From contig JAFZHD010000051.1 in NCBI GenBank assembly GCA_017555085.1, forward strand, positions 5,491 through 69,490: a stretch of DNA of 64,000 bases, read 5' to 3'. This DNA comes from Muribaculaceae bacterium (GTDB lineage: Bacteria > Bacteroidota > Bacteroidia > Bacteroidales > Muribaculaceae). Shown piece after piece: positions 1 through 10,166 of this stretch (position 1 is the first letter of the stretch; every line of letters starts with the position of its first letter). The notes beneath the pieces were generated by a model, which ran no database searches, was not told the origin of the DNA, and saw only the letters and a list, made by a program, of their open reading frames with translations. The translations under genes were made by a program, and so were the position numbers.

Positions 1-1
1 T

Positions 2-682
2 TTGCTAGCAATGTTCTTCATATTGCTGTTGCCTATCAACCGACAATCTCTCATGAAACTTTTGATTCTCAGCCCCGTGATGTGCATCTTGATGGTAGTC
101 GTGTTCAACATCTACATGTCGGTTACCGACAGCCAATTTGACATCACGAGCGAAGGATTTTTGGAAGCATATTTCTATGCCGAAGAAAACGATGATATCG
201 TGAACTGGGTAACCGTATTGCATGAACGCGGCGAAGATTTAGCCATTGACGGTACTAACGATATTCCCCGTTTCACAAAATACATCATGATTCCCGAATT
301 AACCGACTATTACACCGGCCACTCAATCACCGGCTTTGGTGTCGGTCAGTTCAAAGGAGGTACAATTATTGACAGTTCGAAGTTCTACAAAGAAAACGAA
401 TACCTGTTGCGCGGTTCAATCCCCTACGGATTTCACGCATTCATTCAAATCGGTTTCTTTGCCATCATCTATTTCATTTGGCTATGGTTCCGCCTCGCAA
501 GCATGAAAACATCGCCTAATATCGAACGCGGAATAGTATTATTCATCATCGCAATGACACTTATCGTAATGCTCTATAACGACTTTTTCCGTTGCGGGCC
601 CATTTGTATAGCATTCTTTTACATCTACACCCAGGCATTGCGATGGAAACCTAACGAAAACAAACCCTCATTAGCATCATAA
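2..682 (+). CDS. Polytopic membrane protein, C-terminal part; O-antigen/capsule polymerase (Wzy)-like; 5' end outside window
   Basis: The frame is open from the window edge, and the TTG first codon is only an ORF-caller start. Hydrophobic helices flank a ~110-aa hydrophilic loop containing GFGVGQF. It lies directly upstream of sugar-nucleotide genes and a Wzx flippase. The family call rests on topology and context only. Confidence 0.4.
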   Translation: MLAMFFILLLPINRQSLMKLLILSPVMCILMVVVFNIYMSVTDSQFDITSEGFLEAYFYAEENDDIVNWVTVLHERGEDLAIDGTNDIPRFTKYIMIPELTDYYTGHSITGFGVGQFKGGTIIDSSKFYKENEYLLRGSIPYGFHAFIQIGFFAIIYFIWLWFRLASMKTSPNIERGIVLFIIAMTLIVMLYNDFFRCGPICIAFFYIYTQALRWKPNENKPSLAS

Positions 683-688
683 AACATT

Positions 689-1666
689 ATGCGCAACATA
701 TTAATTACCGGCGGAGCCGGATTTATCGGTTCAAATCTTTGTGAGCACTTTTTGAGAACAGGCGACAATGTAGTGTGTCTCGACAACTTTGCAACCGGAC
801 ACATCGAAAACCTGTTGCCCCTCATTGAACAATATCCCCAATCGTTCAGACTCATTGTGGGCGACATTCGCAACCTTGACGACTGCCGCAAAGCAGTTGA
901 AGGTGTTGACTATGTGCTTCACGAAGCAGCATTGGGCTCAGTGCCTCGCTCTATCAAAGACCCCATCACATCAAACGATGTCAATGTTGGCGGGTTCGTG
1001 AACATGCTCGTTGCATCACGCGATGCCGGTGTAAAGCGATTTGTGTTTGCGGCAAGTTCATCAACCTATGGCGACAGCACCTCGTTGCCCAAAGTTGAAG
1101 ATGTAATCGGCCGTCCGCTTTCGCCCTACGCTATCACAAAATATGTCAACGAATTATATGCCGATGTATTTGCGCGCACCTATGGTCTTGAATTTATCGG
1201 TCTTCGCTACTTCAATGTATTTGGCCGCCGCCAAGACCCCAACGGAGCATACGCAGCCGTAATTCCCTTGTTCGTGAAAAAATTTATGAACCACGAAGCG
1301 CCCAACATCAATGGTGACGGCGAGTATAGCCGCGACTTTACCTATATCGACAATGTGATTCAGATGAACGAACTCGCTCTCGAAGCTCCTGCCGGCAGCG
1401 ATGCTGTAAACCAAATCTACAACACCGCCTTTGGCGAACGAACAACCCTAAACCAATTAACCGATTATTTGAGAGAATATCTTGCCGAGTTTGACCCCGA
1501 AATCGCGAATATCATTCCCACACACGGTCCTAACCGTGTAGGCGATATTCCCCACTCTCTCGCGTGCGTTGACAAGGCAAAAAATTTGCTCGGATATGAC
1601 CCCAAATTCAGCATGAAGCAAGGTCTCAAAGAGGCTTGCCGCTGGTATTGGGAAAACCTTAAATAA
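689..1666 (+). CDS. NAD-dependent nucleotide-sugar 4-epimerase, extended SDR (WbpP/TviC-like UDP-GlcNAc/GlcNAcA 4-epimerase family)
   Basis: ATG start. N-terminal Rossmann motif [12 protein letters not shown] and catalytic YxxxK ([11 protein letters not shown]). The 325-aa length is typical. It is paired with a WbpO/TviB-type dehydrogenase immediately downstream. Confidence 0.85.
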   Translation: MRNILITGGAGFIGSNLCEHFLRTGDNVVCLDNFATGHIENLLPLIEQYPQSFRLIVGDIRNLDDCRKAVEGVDYVLHEAALGSVPRSIKDPITSNDVNVGGFVNMLVASRDAGVKRFVFAASSSTYGDSTSLPKVEDVIGRPLSPYAITKYVNELYADVFARTYGLEFIGLRYFNVFGRRQDPNGAYAAVIPLFVKKFMNHEAPNINGDGEYSRDFTYIDNVIQMNELALEAPAGSDAVNQIYNTAFGERTTLNQLTDYLREYLAEFDPEIANIIPTHGPNRVGDIPHSLACVDKAKNLLGYDPKFSMKQGLKEACRWYWENLK

Positions 1667-1676
1667 CTTTACACTG

Positions 1677-2945
1677 ATGGGAAAAGAAATCAAAATAGCA
1701 GTTATCGGACTCGGATATGTCGGTCTTCCATTGGCACGACTATTCTCTACCAAATACAAAACCGTGGGCTTTGACATGAGCCAACGACGCGTTGACGCTC
1801 TTATGGCCGGACACGACGCCACTCTCGAAGTTAGCGACGAGCTGCTTCAATCGGCTATCGCCAACGGCTTCACTTGCACAGCAAATATTGAAGACATCAA
1901 AGACTGCAACTTTTATGTTGTAGCCGTTCCCACACCCGTCGACCGCGACAACAAGCCCGACCTCACGCCTTTGTATGGCGCAAGCGAGACAGTGGGCCGC
2001 GTTATCGCTCCTGGCGACATTGTTGTGTATGAATCAACTGTTTATCCCGGCGTTACCGAAGACGAGTGTATTCCCGTCGTTGAAAAAGTATCGGGATTAA
2101 AATACAATGTCGATTTCTATGCCGGATATTCGCCCGAGCGCATCAATCCCGGCGACAAACTCCACACTGTTGAGAAAATCAAGAAAGTGACTTCGGGCTC
2201 TACTCCCGAAATCGGTCAGATTGTTGACCAAGTATATTCATCGGTTATCACTGCCGGCACCCACCTCGCCCCCACTATCAAAGTGGCCGAGGCTGCAAAA
2301 GTGATTGAAAATTCACAACGCGACATCAACATCGCGTTTGTCAACGAGTTGTCAAAAATCTTCAATCTCATGGGCATCGACACCCAAGCAGTGCTTGAAG
2401 CAGCTGGCACAAAATGGAACTTCCTTCCGTTCCGCCCCGGCTTGGTTGGCGGCCACTGCATCGGCGTTGACCCCTACTACCTCGCAATGTGCGCACAACG
2501 CTTTGGCTACAACCCCGAGATTATTCTCGCCGGTCGTCGCATGAACGACGGCATGGGTAACTATGTGGCTACTCAAACAGTGAAACTCATGGTGAAAAAA
2601 GGTATCAATGTGAGCCATAGCAAAATCGCCATCTTCGGTTTCACATTCAAAGAAAACTGTCCCGATGTGCGCAACACCAAGGTTATCGACATCTACAACA
2701 GCCTCAAAGAATATGGCATCGACATCACTGTCTATGACCCATGGGCCAATGTTGCCGTTGCTCAACACGAATATGGCATTGAGCCTGTCAACACGCTCAA
2801 CCCCGAGCATCAGTTTGACGCGGTTATCATGGCAGTTGCCCACAACGAGTTCAAATCAATCGACATCAGCGGTTTCCTCAAAGAGCAAAGCGTGGTTTAT
2901 GATGTCAAATGGATAGTTAACGACAAAGTGGACGGCAAACTCTAA
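1677..2945 (+). CDS. UDP-N-acetylhexosamine 6-dehydrogenase (WbpO/TviB/CapL-type nucleotide-sugar dehydrogenase)
   Basis: N-terminal [10 protein letters not shown] dinucleotide fold and catalytic cysteine motif [11 protein letters not shown]. At 422 aa it falls in the UDP-glucose/GDP-mannose dehydrogenase family. Confidence 0.85.
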   Translation: MGKEIKIAVIGLGYVGLPLARLFSTKYKTVGFDMSQRRVDALMAGHDATLEVSDELLQSAIANGFTCTANIEDIKDCNFYVVAVPTPVDRDNKPDLTPLYGASETVGRVIAPGDIVVYESTVYPGVTEDECIPVVEKVSGLKYNVDFYAGYSPERINPGDKLHTVEKIKKVTSGSTPEIGQIVDQVYSSVITAGTHLAPTIKVAEAAKVIENSQRDINIAFVNELSKIFNLMGIDTQAVLEAAGTKWNFLPFRPGLVGGHCIGVDPYYLAMCAQRFGYNPEIILAGRRMNDGMGNYVATQTVKLMVKKGINVSHSKIAIFGFTFKENCPDVRNTKVIDIYNSLKEYGIDITVYDPWANVAVAQHEYGIEPVNTLNPEHQFDAVIMAVAHNEFKSIDISGFLKEQSVVYDVKWIVNDKVDGKL

Positions 2946-2947
2946 CA

Positions 2948-4411
2948 ATGGCTGAATCGACCAACGACATAAAGCAAAAAGCAATCAAAGGCATGCTATG
3001 GAGTTTTATCGAAAGATTTGGCTCCTTGCTCATCTTGTTTGTGTCAAACATCGCATTGGCGCGCATGTTGTCGCCCGACGAGTTTGGCATCGTGGGCATT
3101 CTCATGGCCTTTGTTATGTTCTCGACCATATTGGTTGACGGCGGGTTGGGCAATGCACTTGTTCAACGCCAAAACCTCACCAAAGACGATTGCTCAACAG
3201 TATTCTTTGCCAACATTGCCGTGGCATTGGCTTGCTACGCAGCGCTATTTTTCGGTGCCGATTGGATAGCCGACTTTTTCAATCAGCCACAATTAAGCCA
3301 ATTAATGCCCGTCATAGGCTTAGTGGTTATATTTGATGCGTTCAGCGCTGTTCAAAACAACTTGCTAATCAAGGAAATCAATTTCCGCCGCATTGCGTTT
3401 GTCAAAGTTGCAGCAGCGTTTCTGTCATCGGCAATCGCCGTTGCGATGGCGTTTTGCGGAATGGGTGTGTGGAGTTTGGTGGTTCAATACCTTGTCAACA
3501 GTGTTGCCAAATCGGTATTGCTTTGGACCGCGACATCGTGGCTGCCCACTCTCACATTCAAATGGCAATCATTCAAAACGCTCTTTGGTTACGGATCTAA
3601 ACTATTGTTAGCATACTTGCTCAGCGAAGCCTATCGCCACGCACAGGTATTGTTAATCGGCCGCTTTTTCCCCGCCAACCAAGTGGGGCTATTTTCACAA
3701 GCCAAGCATCTGCAAGATGTGCCCAACACCACTATTCTCACCGTGGTAAATCAGGTTACATTCCCCGTATTCTCAAAAATACAAGACGACCTCACTCTTT
3801 TGAGAAAAGGATTAAGTCGAAGCATCAAGATTTTGACATTCCTCAACTTCCCGCTCATGGCCATACTCATCATCACAGCCAAGCCTGTGTTTATGTTGTT
3901 ATTTGGCGAGCAATGGATTGAAGCTGCACCCTATTTCCAATGGTTATGCGCCGGATTTGGCCTACTGTTGGTTATTCACAACACCAATTTGAGTCTGCTC
4001 AAAGCCATTGGCAAAAGCGGCGTCGTGCTCACTCTTGAAATAGTCAAGAAGATTATCGGCGTTGCCCTCATCATCGCATTCTTCTTTATGGGATATGGCG
4101 TGATGGGCATATTGTGGGCATTGGCCATCAACTCTGTTATCGAGTTTTTCCTCAACGGATATTTCACCGGCAAATACACCGGCTATGGCATCATGTCACA
4201 AGCCCGCGACTTGTTCCCGGCTCTTATCACAACCGTCATCACAAGCGCCGTCGTGTGGAGCATACCCCAATTCTTGCCAATGCACTATATCGTGCAGATA
4301 TTTGTGCAAGCCGCGGCATTTGTGGCTATATATGCACTCATTGCCCGAGCGTTCAAACTCGAAATTTTGCAATATCTACTCACCGAAGTTAAAGCACGCA
4401 TCAAACGATAA
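2948..4411 (+). CDS. wzx: Wzx-type polysaccharide flippase (MOP/PST family)
   Basis: A 487-aa protein that is hydrophobic along its whole length (about 12-14 helices). The N-terminus (KGMLWSFIERFGSLLILFVSNIALARMLSPDEFG) is typical of polysaccharide biosynthesis (PST) transporters. It sits in a capsule operon. Confidence 0.8.
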   Translation: MAESTNDIKQKAIKGMLWSFIERFGSLLILFVSNIALARMLSPDEFGIVGILMAFVMFSTILVDGGLGNALVQRQNLTKDDCSTVFFANIAVALACYAALFFGADWIADFFNQPQLSQLMPVIGLVVIFDAFSAVQNNLLIKEINFRRIAFVKVAAAFLSSAIAVAMAFCGMGVWSLVVQYLVNSVAKSVLLWTATSWLPTLTFKWQSFKTLFGYGSKLLLAYLLSEAYRHAQVLLIGRFFPANQVGLFSQAKHLQDVPNTTILTVVNQVTFPVFSKIQDDLTLLRKGLSRSIKILTFLNFPLMAILIITAKPVFMLLFGEQWIEAAPYFQWLCAGFGLLLVIHNTNLSLLKAIGKSGVVLTLEIVKKIIGVALIIAFFFMGYGVMGILWALAINSVIEFFLNGYFTGKYTGYGIMSQARDLFPALITTVITSAVVWSIPQFLPMHYIVQIFVQAAAFVAIYALIARAFKLEILQYLLTEVKARIKR

Positions 4412-5640
4412 TGAAACAACGCATCAAAAACATATTGAGACCGCCCTACCAATTTGCGAGATATATCGCATTGCGATTTATCGCTCACCGTCATTTCAAG
4501 GCAATTAAACTCAACGACGGCCTCAACATTGAACGCGTCACTTCTCAATCGACTTCGTTCTTTGGATACTACAATGTTTCGCCCGAGAACAAAAAAGGCC
4601 AAATACTGTTTTGCTCACCCATAGCAGGCACCGACCACGTTGCCCTATACTATCGCAACGACGACAAAGATATGCTCATCGGCGAAACTGCCGCTCACAA
4701 TTGGCAACAAGGCTGTATGTCGCAGTGGGGTTACACCAACACCACACGCGCTTATTACAACCGCTATAACAGCGCCACTGACACCTACGAATGTGCTGTT
4801 TATGACACCGAGCAACAACGCGAAATAGACGTTTTGCCCATGCCCATCAACGCGTTGTCAAAACAAGAGGACTATGCATTGTCGCTCAACTATGACCGTT
4901 TGGCGGTTATGCGTCCCGACTACGGCTATTTCTGCCACAAAAACATCGAATTGCCCTCAAACGACACCGACGGTATTTGGCACATCGACACCGCTACAAA
5001 AGAGACCACCCTCATTATATCGCTGCAACAACTCATCGACCTGAAACCGGTTGACACAATGATTGGCGCAACCCACAAAGTGAACCACATCGACATTGCT
5101 CCCGACGGCAGCCGATTTATGTTCCTTCATCGTTGGGTAGGCCCCAAAGGCCGCTTTATGCGACTCATCACTGCTAACGCCGACGGCAGCGACCTCTACA
5201 TTCTCAACGGCGACAAAATGACCTCACACAGTTATTGGGTAAACAACACCCACATCATTTCATTTTGCCACACGCCTGAAACAGGCGATGCCTATGTAAT
5301 GTTTGAGGACAAAACAGCCAATCACTTTAAGGTATCGCAGAAACTCCCCGTCACCGACGGGCACCCATCAACAATCAGAGGCGGCGAATGGACTGTTACC
5401 GACACATATCCCGGTCACGACGCCATGTCGCGCTTATACCTCTACAACATCGCAACCGACAATTTGATATGCCTCGGCCGCTTTTATCAACCGCTCAAAT
5501 TCAAGGGCACAGGCCGCATTGACCTTCACCCCAAGTGGAACATGGCCGGCACAAAGGTATATTTTGAATCGGGGCACAACGGCAAGAGAAACCTATATGC
5601 CATCAACATCTCTAATTTAATAAAGGAGACAAAGTCATGA
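4411..5640 (+). CDS. Soluble protein of unknown function, possibly beta-propeller (TolB/PD40- or oligogalacturonide-lyase-like)
   Basis: A 409-aa ORF with no signal peptide or TM segment. It overlaps the wzx stop by 1 nt (TAATG) and the next GT start by 4 nt (ATGA). Recurrent beta-rich segments (DIAPDGSRFMF, NADGSDLYIL, HPKWNMAGTKVYFES) resemble PD40-type blades. The fold call is tentative. Confidence 0.6.
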   Translation: MKQRIKNILRPPYQFARYIALRFIAHRHFKAIKLNDGLNIERVTSQSTSFFGYYNVSPENKKGQILFCSPIAGTDHVALYYRNDDKDMLIGETAAHNWQQGCMSQWGYTNTTRAYYNRYNSATDTYECAVYDTEQQREIDVLPMPINALSKQEDYALSLNYDRLAVMRPDYGYFCHKNIELPSNDTDGIWHIDTATKETTLIISLQQLIDLKPVDTMIGATHKVNHIDIAPDGSRFMFLHRWVGPKGRFMRLITANADGSDLYILNGDKMTSHSYWVNNTHIISFCHTPETGDAYVMFEDKTANHFKVSQKLPVTDGHPSTIRGGEWTVTDTYPGHDAMSRLYLYNIATDNLICLGRFYQPLKFKGTGRIDLHPKWNMAGTKVYFESGHNGKRNLYAINISNLIKETKS

Positions 5641-6707
5641 ACATATTAATGGTCAACCAAGACCAATTTGGATACAAAGCCGGTTATTACCACTATTGCA
5701 AGCACCTTGTAAAACAAGGACACAAGATTACCTATCTATGCAATGACCACAACCACCCAAAGATGGAGATTGACGGCATTGAGGTAATCTATATCAAAGA
5801 GCCGAGCAGTGTAAAGTGGCGCAAAAAATTTCTTGCTAAAATAAAGGAACTAAAAAAGACAACACATTTTGATGTTGCTCTCTGCTCCTATTTCAGAGGT
5901 TGTAGCATTCTGAAGACAGTATCGAAGGGCTTACCCATTATTATCGACATCCGCTCTGGCGACTTGACTCCCAACGAGTCTAAACGCAAATTATATAATC
6001 GAATCATCAAATTTGAGGCTTCACTTTTCACTCACACAATGATATTAAGCGAGTCGTTGGCTCGTTTGCTCAAACTCAAAGACGGATCTTATGATGTAGT
6101 GCCATTGGGGGCTGACGCTATTAGCAAATCTTCACGCACATTTGACTCTATCAGAATGCTATATGTTGGCACATTGCAACAACGCAACATTGACAAGACA
6201 GTTGAAGGGCTAGCCAATTTCTGCGACAAATATCCCGATGCCGATGTAGAATATGACATCATCGGATTTGGCTCACCTCAAGAAGAAACTCTTATCAAGC
6301 AAATGATTGAACAACGAGGATTGTCAACGAAAGTTCATTTTCATGGGCGCATAAATTACGAAAATCTTCAACCCTTCTTTGACAAGGCTAATCTTGGCGT
6401 GGCATTTGTACCTATGACACCATACTACGATTGCCAACCGTCAACCAAGATATATGAATATGTGCTTTCTGGGATATATTGCATTGCAACCAATACCTAT
6501 GAAAACAGAATACTGATTGAGCCAATTAATGGTTTGATTTGCGATGACAATTCCGACTCTTTTGGCAAAGCCGTTGAACAATTCTATTGCCTCGACAAAT
6601 CACAATTTGATAGTGATACCATAAAAGCCTCTATGGAACAATACCTTTGGAAAAACGTCATTAACGACAAACTCCTCGCTTTGTTCAACAAATGCCTCAA
6701 AAAATAA
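5637..6707 (+). CDS. Glycosyltransferase, GT-B fold (GT4-like)
   Basis: A 356-aa ORF whose C-terminal half has the GT1/GT4 layout (LYVGTL...GF.. HFHG...VAFVP...KIYEYVLSGIYCIAT). It is translationally coupled to the upstream gene. Confidence 0.7.
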   Translation: MNILMVNQDQFGYKAGYYHYCKHLVKQGHKITYLCNDHNHPKMEIDGIEVIYIKEPSSVKWRKKFLAKIKELKKTTHFDVALCSYFRGCSILKTVSKGLPIIIDIRSGDLTPNESKRKLYNRIIKFEASLFTHTMILSESLARLLKLKDGSYDVVPLGADAISKSSRTFDSIRMLYVGTLQQRNIDKTVEGLANFCDKYPDADVEYDIIGFGSPQEETLIKQMIEQRGLSTKVHFHGRINYENLQPFFDKANLGVAFVPMTPYYDCQPSTKIYEYVLSGIYCIATNTYENRILIEPINGLICDDNSDSFGKAVEQFYCLDKSQFDSDTIKASMEQYLWKNVINDKLLALFNKCLKK

Positions 6708-6830
6708 AATTCTGACATCAATAACTATTTAGACAGCCCAAATATTGACTTGAAATTATCAGATGAGCGAGAAAAATCGTTATCAATTCTCAAGCATATT
6801 GATTAATATAATTTCCAAAAAAATAACACT

Positions 6831-7832
6831 ATGGCTTCAAGTTCCAATCATTCTATCACAATCGACATCATCAAAGGGCTCGCAATTATTTTAGTTGTAA
6901 TCGGGCACTTTATTCCTGAAAATTCGCCCTATTGGTATGTCAAAATGCGTGAAATCATTTATACTTTTCACATGCCGACCTTTTTGTTTGCAAGTGGATA
7001 TATATTCATGAAGTATTACAAAAACGATTCTTTAAAATCATTTTACGCAAAAAAATTCAACAGACTCATTATTCCCTATCTCACAACATCTGTAATAGTT
7101 ATCTCAATAAAAATTCTTACAGAAAAATTCTTATCTGTAGATAATCCGGTAACAGCATTGTCCTATTTAAAAATATTTTATATTCCAGAAGCAGGTTATT
7201 TCCTTTGGTATATATGGTCCTTGTTCTCAATATTCTTAGCCATTCCATTTTTCAACACATCAAAAAAGAGATTTGCACTCTTAATATTCAGTTTAATAAT
7301 TCCACATATACCGATTGATTGGACCAACATTTTTTCAATCAGGCAAACAATTTTAATGATACAATACTTTGCAATTGGAATATTCATTGCCGAAAATCAT
7401 CATATTCGCCAAAAATTAAAAAGCAATCCGGCGGTGTTGATTACACCTCTGATATTTGCTTTTATTCTCGGCTTTATTTATAGCAACTGCAATATTGTTC
7501 AATTGGCTTTTATTTGCAAAAGCACTATCCCATATTTGGGCATATACATTGTAAGCCTGCTTGCTCTTATAATTCAGCAATATTGCATAAAAGCCACACA
7601 ATCATTAGTCTTTTTATCATCATGCTCATTCATCATTTATTTACTGCACACAACATTTGAAGGTTTCACAAAAGCATTATTTAACAAACTATCAATATAT
7701 AGCAACGATAATCTGCAATTTTGTATTATAGCAATTACAGTTATTCTGACAGGGCTCATAATGCCTATAATATGCCAAAAAATGATAATCGAAAAAAGCC
7801 GTATTCTAAAAACTCTTTTCGGGCTAAAATAA
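6831..7832 (+). CDS. Membrane O-acyltransferase (acyltransferase-3 family)
   Basis: A 333-aa protein with about 10 hydrophobic helices. The N-terminal IDIIKGLAIILVVIGHF motif is typical of acyltransferase_3. The gene is very AT-rich (16 of 60 G+C on sampled line 7261-7320). Confidence 0.8.
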   Translation: MASSSNHSITIDIIKGLAIILVVIGHFIPENSPYWYVKMREIIYTFHMPTFLFASGYIFMKYYKNDSLKSFYAKKFNRLIIPYLTTSVIVISIKILTEKFLSVDNPVTALSYLKIFYIPEAGYFLWYIWSLFSIFLAIPFFNTSKKRFALLIFSLIIPHIPIDWTNIFSIRQTILMIQYFAIGIFIAENHHIRQKLKSNPAVLITPLIFAFILGFIYSNCNIVQLAFICKSTIPYLGIYIVSLLALIIQQYCIKATQSLVFLSSCSFIIYLLHTTFEGFTKALFNKLSIYSNDNLQFCIIAITVILTGLIMPIICQKMIIEKSRILKTLFGLK

Positions 7833-7914
7833 ACCAACGACTATCTGTATCAGTTTATAATATACTGCATAATTTTTCGTTATAACATTAACGACTTATA
7901 TCTCTAATTGCACA

Positions 7915-9102
7915 ATGAAAAGAGTTCTTATAGTAAATAAATTCTATTATAACAGAGGCGGAGACTGCGTTTGCGCCATAAATCTTGAAAAACTTTTAAA
8001 AACCAAAGGCCATCAGGTAGCTGTATTTGCAATGCAGTATGACGAAAACTTAACTTCGGAATACTCATCTTACTTTGCTCCAGAGGTAAGTTTTTCGGGC
8101 GGCATCTCATCAAAACTCAACGCGGCAAAACGCATATTCGGACTTGGTGACATTAAAGTTCAATTTGCAAAAATCTTGAACGATTTTAAACCCGATATTG
8201 TCCACCTCAACAACATACACTCTTACATTTCGCCCGTAGTGGCTAAAATGGCAAAAAATTTCGGAGCCAAAGTCGTGTGGACTCTCCACGACTACAAATT
8301 GCTATGCCCATCTTATGCCTGTCTTCGCAATGGCAAGCCTTGCGAATTATGCTTCAACGACAAGCATCATATCCTCAAACACAAATGCATGAAGGGCAGC
8401 ACGGTCGCAAGTTTATTGGCCCACCTAGAAGCAAAATGGTGGAATAAAGCGAAACTCGAAAAATACACCGACGCATTTATTTGCCCAAGCCAATTTATGC
8501 AAAGCCGCATGCAACTTGGAGGATTTGGTAAACTTAATGTGGTGTGCAATTTTATTGACCCTGTAAAACTTGACCGTTTCAAGAACATTCAAGAAGTTGA
8601 CAAACGAGATAACTATTATGTATATGTAGGCCGCCTTTCAACCGAAAAAGGAGTTGCGACATTGCTCAAAGCAGCAAAACAATTACCCTACACTCTAAAA
8701 ATAGTAGGTGGCGGACCTCTCAAAGACGAGTTAATGATTCAATATGCCGACTGCAAAAACATTGAATTTTTAGGTCATCAAGATGCCGAAACAGTTGCAC
8801 AATTATTCTCAAAAGCCAAATTTTCAATCGCACCGTCGGAATGTTACGAAAACAATCCGTTAAGCGTCATTGAGTCGCTTTGCGCCGGAACTCCTGTCAT
8901 CGGGGCAAACATCGGCGGAATACCTGAACTCATCAAAGACAACAATGGTCTAACATATAACTCAGGCGACGCCGACTCACTCAACCAAGCCATTGACTCT
9001 GCTTGGTCAAAAGTATGGGATTATAACTCTATCAAGCAAGAATCATTGTCGGCTTTCTCTCCCGATGAACATTATGCCAAAATAATGTCTATTTACGAAT
9101 AG
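7915..9102 (+). CDS. Glycosyltransferase family 4
   Basis: A 395-aa ORF with YVGRLSTEKG and an EX7E motif (ENNPLSVIE), followed by GTPVIGANIGGIPELI. Confidence 0.8.
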   Translation: MKRVLIVNKFYYNRGGDCVCAINLEKLLKTKGHQVAVFAMQYDENLTSEYSSYFAPEVSFSGGISSKLNAAKRIFGLGDIKVQFAKILNDFKPDIVHLNNIHSYISPVVAKMAKNFGAKVVWTLHDYKLLCPSYACLRNGKPCELCFNDKHHILKHKCMKGSTVASLLAHLEAKWWNKAKLEKYTDAFICPSQFMQSRMQLGGFGKLNVVCNFIDPVKLDRFKNIQEVDKRDNYYVYVGRLSTEKGVATLLKAAKQLPYTLKIVGGGPLKDELMIQYADCKNIEFLGHQDAETVAQLFSKAKFSIAPSECYENNPLSVIESLCAGTPVIGANIGGIPELIKDNNGLTYNSGDADSLNQAIDSAWSKVWDYNSIKQESLSAFSPDEHYAKIMSIYE

Positions 9103-9155
9103 TTTTAGACAAATTATAACTAACTTTGCATAAAACATAAAACAACCTCATTATA

Positions 9156-10163
9156 ATGAAGAATATAGTTCAAGGTAGCCTTATTACCACTTTCAGATGC
9201 AACGCCAAGTGTAACATGTGTAACATTTGGCAACACCAAACACATCCCGAAGAAGAAATTGACGCGTCATATTACGAAAAATTACCCGCCGGATTGCGCA
9301 TCAACATCACCGGTGGCGAGGCTACTCTAAGAAAAGATATTGACAAGATTTTTGAAATCTTATATCCCAAAGCATCTTTGTTGGAATTGAGTACAAACGG
9401 CTACAATACAGAAAAAATCGTTGAGTTGGCCAACAAGTATCCCAACATTCTCATTCGTGTGAGTGTAGAAGGCTTACCCAAAATCAACGACTCAAAACGC
9501 GGTATTGTAAACGGTTTTGACCACGCATTGCGCACAATGTTGGAACTCAAAAAGACAAAATGTAAAAACATTGGTTTCTCTGTAGTTATTTCTCCCGATA
9601 ACTACAAAGACCTTCTCCATTTGTATGAATTGTGCGTTGCTCTTGATGTTGAATTAGGCAACTCAACCGTACACAATTCTTGGTATTTCCACAAAGATGA
9701 CAATGTTATCGAAAGCGAAGGCGCATTGGAACAACACGAATTATTCGTAAAAGCGTTGCTCACATCTAAACGCCGCGGCTTGAAAAACAAGCTCAAAGAC
9801 TATGGCCGAGCATTTTTCAACCGCTCTATCCATCGTCGTTTGCGCGGTGACAAACCAGGCTATCGTCCGGCTTGTGGCGCGATGACCGACTTCTTCTTCA
9901 TCGACCCCTGGGGCAATGTGTCTCCTTGCAACGGTTCAGGCGAAGAATGGGTTGTTGGCAACATCAAAGAAGATTCTTTTGAAAACATCATGGCTTCAGA
10001 CAAAGCCAAAGCCGTGATGGATAAAGTCAATAACTGTAATCGCAACTGCGCATTTATTGTTACCGAACGCCACGACATGGTTCGCCGTCCATGGATTCCC
10101 ATCAAATGGGTATTGAAAAACAAATGGCGCATTTATCGCGGCAAAGACATCTGCTGGGATTAA
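9156..10163 (+). CDS. Radical SAM enzyme with C-terminal SPASM/twitch-like cysteine motif
   Basis: CX3CX2C cluster CNAKCNMCN at residues 15-22 and the GGEATL SAM-binding motif. The C-terminal part carries CGAMTDFFFIDPWGNVSPC (CX13GX4C) followed by CNRNC. Confidence 0.8.
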   Translation: MKNIVQGSLITTFRCNAKCNMCNIWQHQTHPEEEIDASYYEKLPAGLRINITGGEATLRKDIDKIFEILYPKASLLELSTNGYNTEKIVELANKYPNILIRVSVEGLPKINDSKRGIVNGFDHALRTMLELKKTKCKNIGFSVVISPDNYKDLLHLYELCVALDVELGNSTVHNSWYFHKDDNVIESEGALEQHELFVKALLTSKRRGLKNKLKDYGRAFFNRSIHRRLRGDKPGYRPACGAMTDFFFIDPWGNVSPCNGSGEEWVVGNIKEDSFENIMASDKAKAVMDKVNNCNRNCAFIVTERHDMVRRPWIPIKWVLKNKWRIYRGKDICWD

Positions 10164-10166
10164 CCC

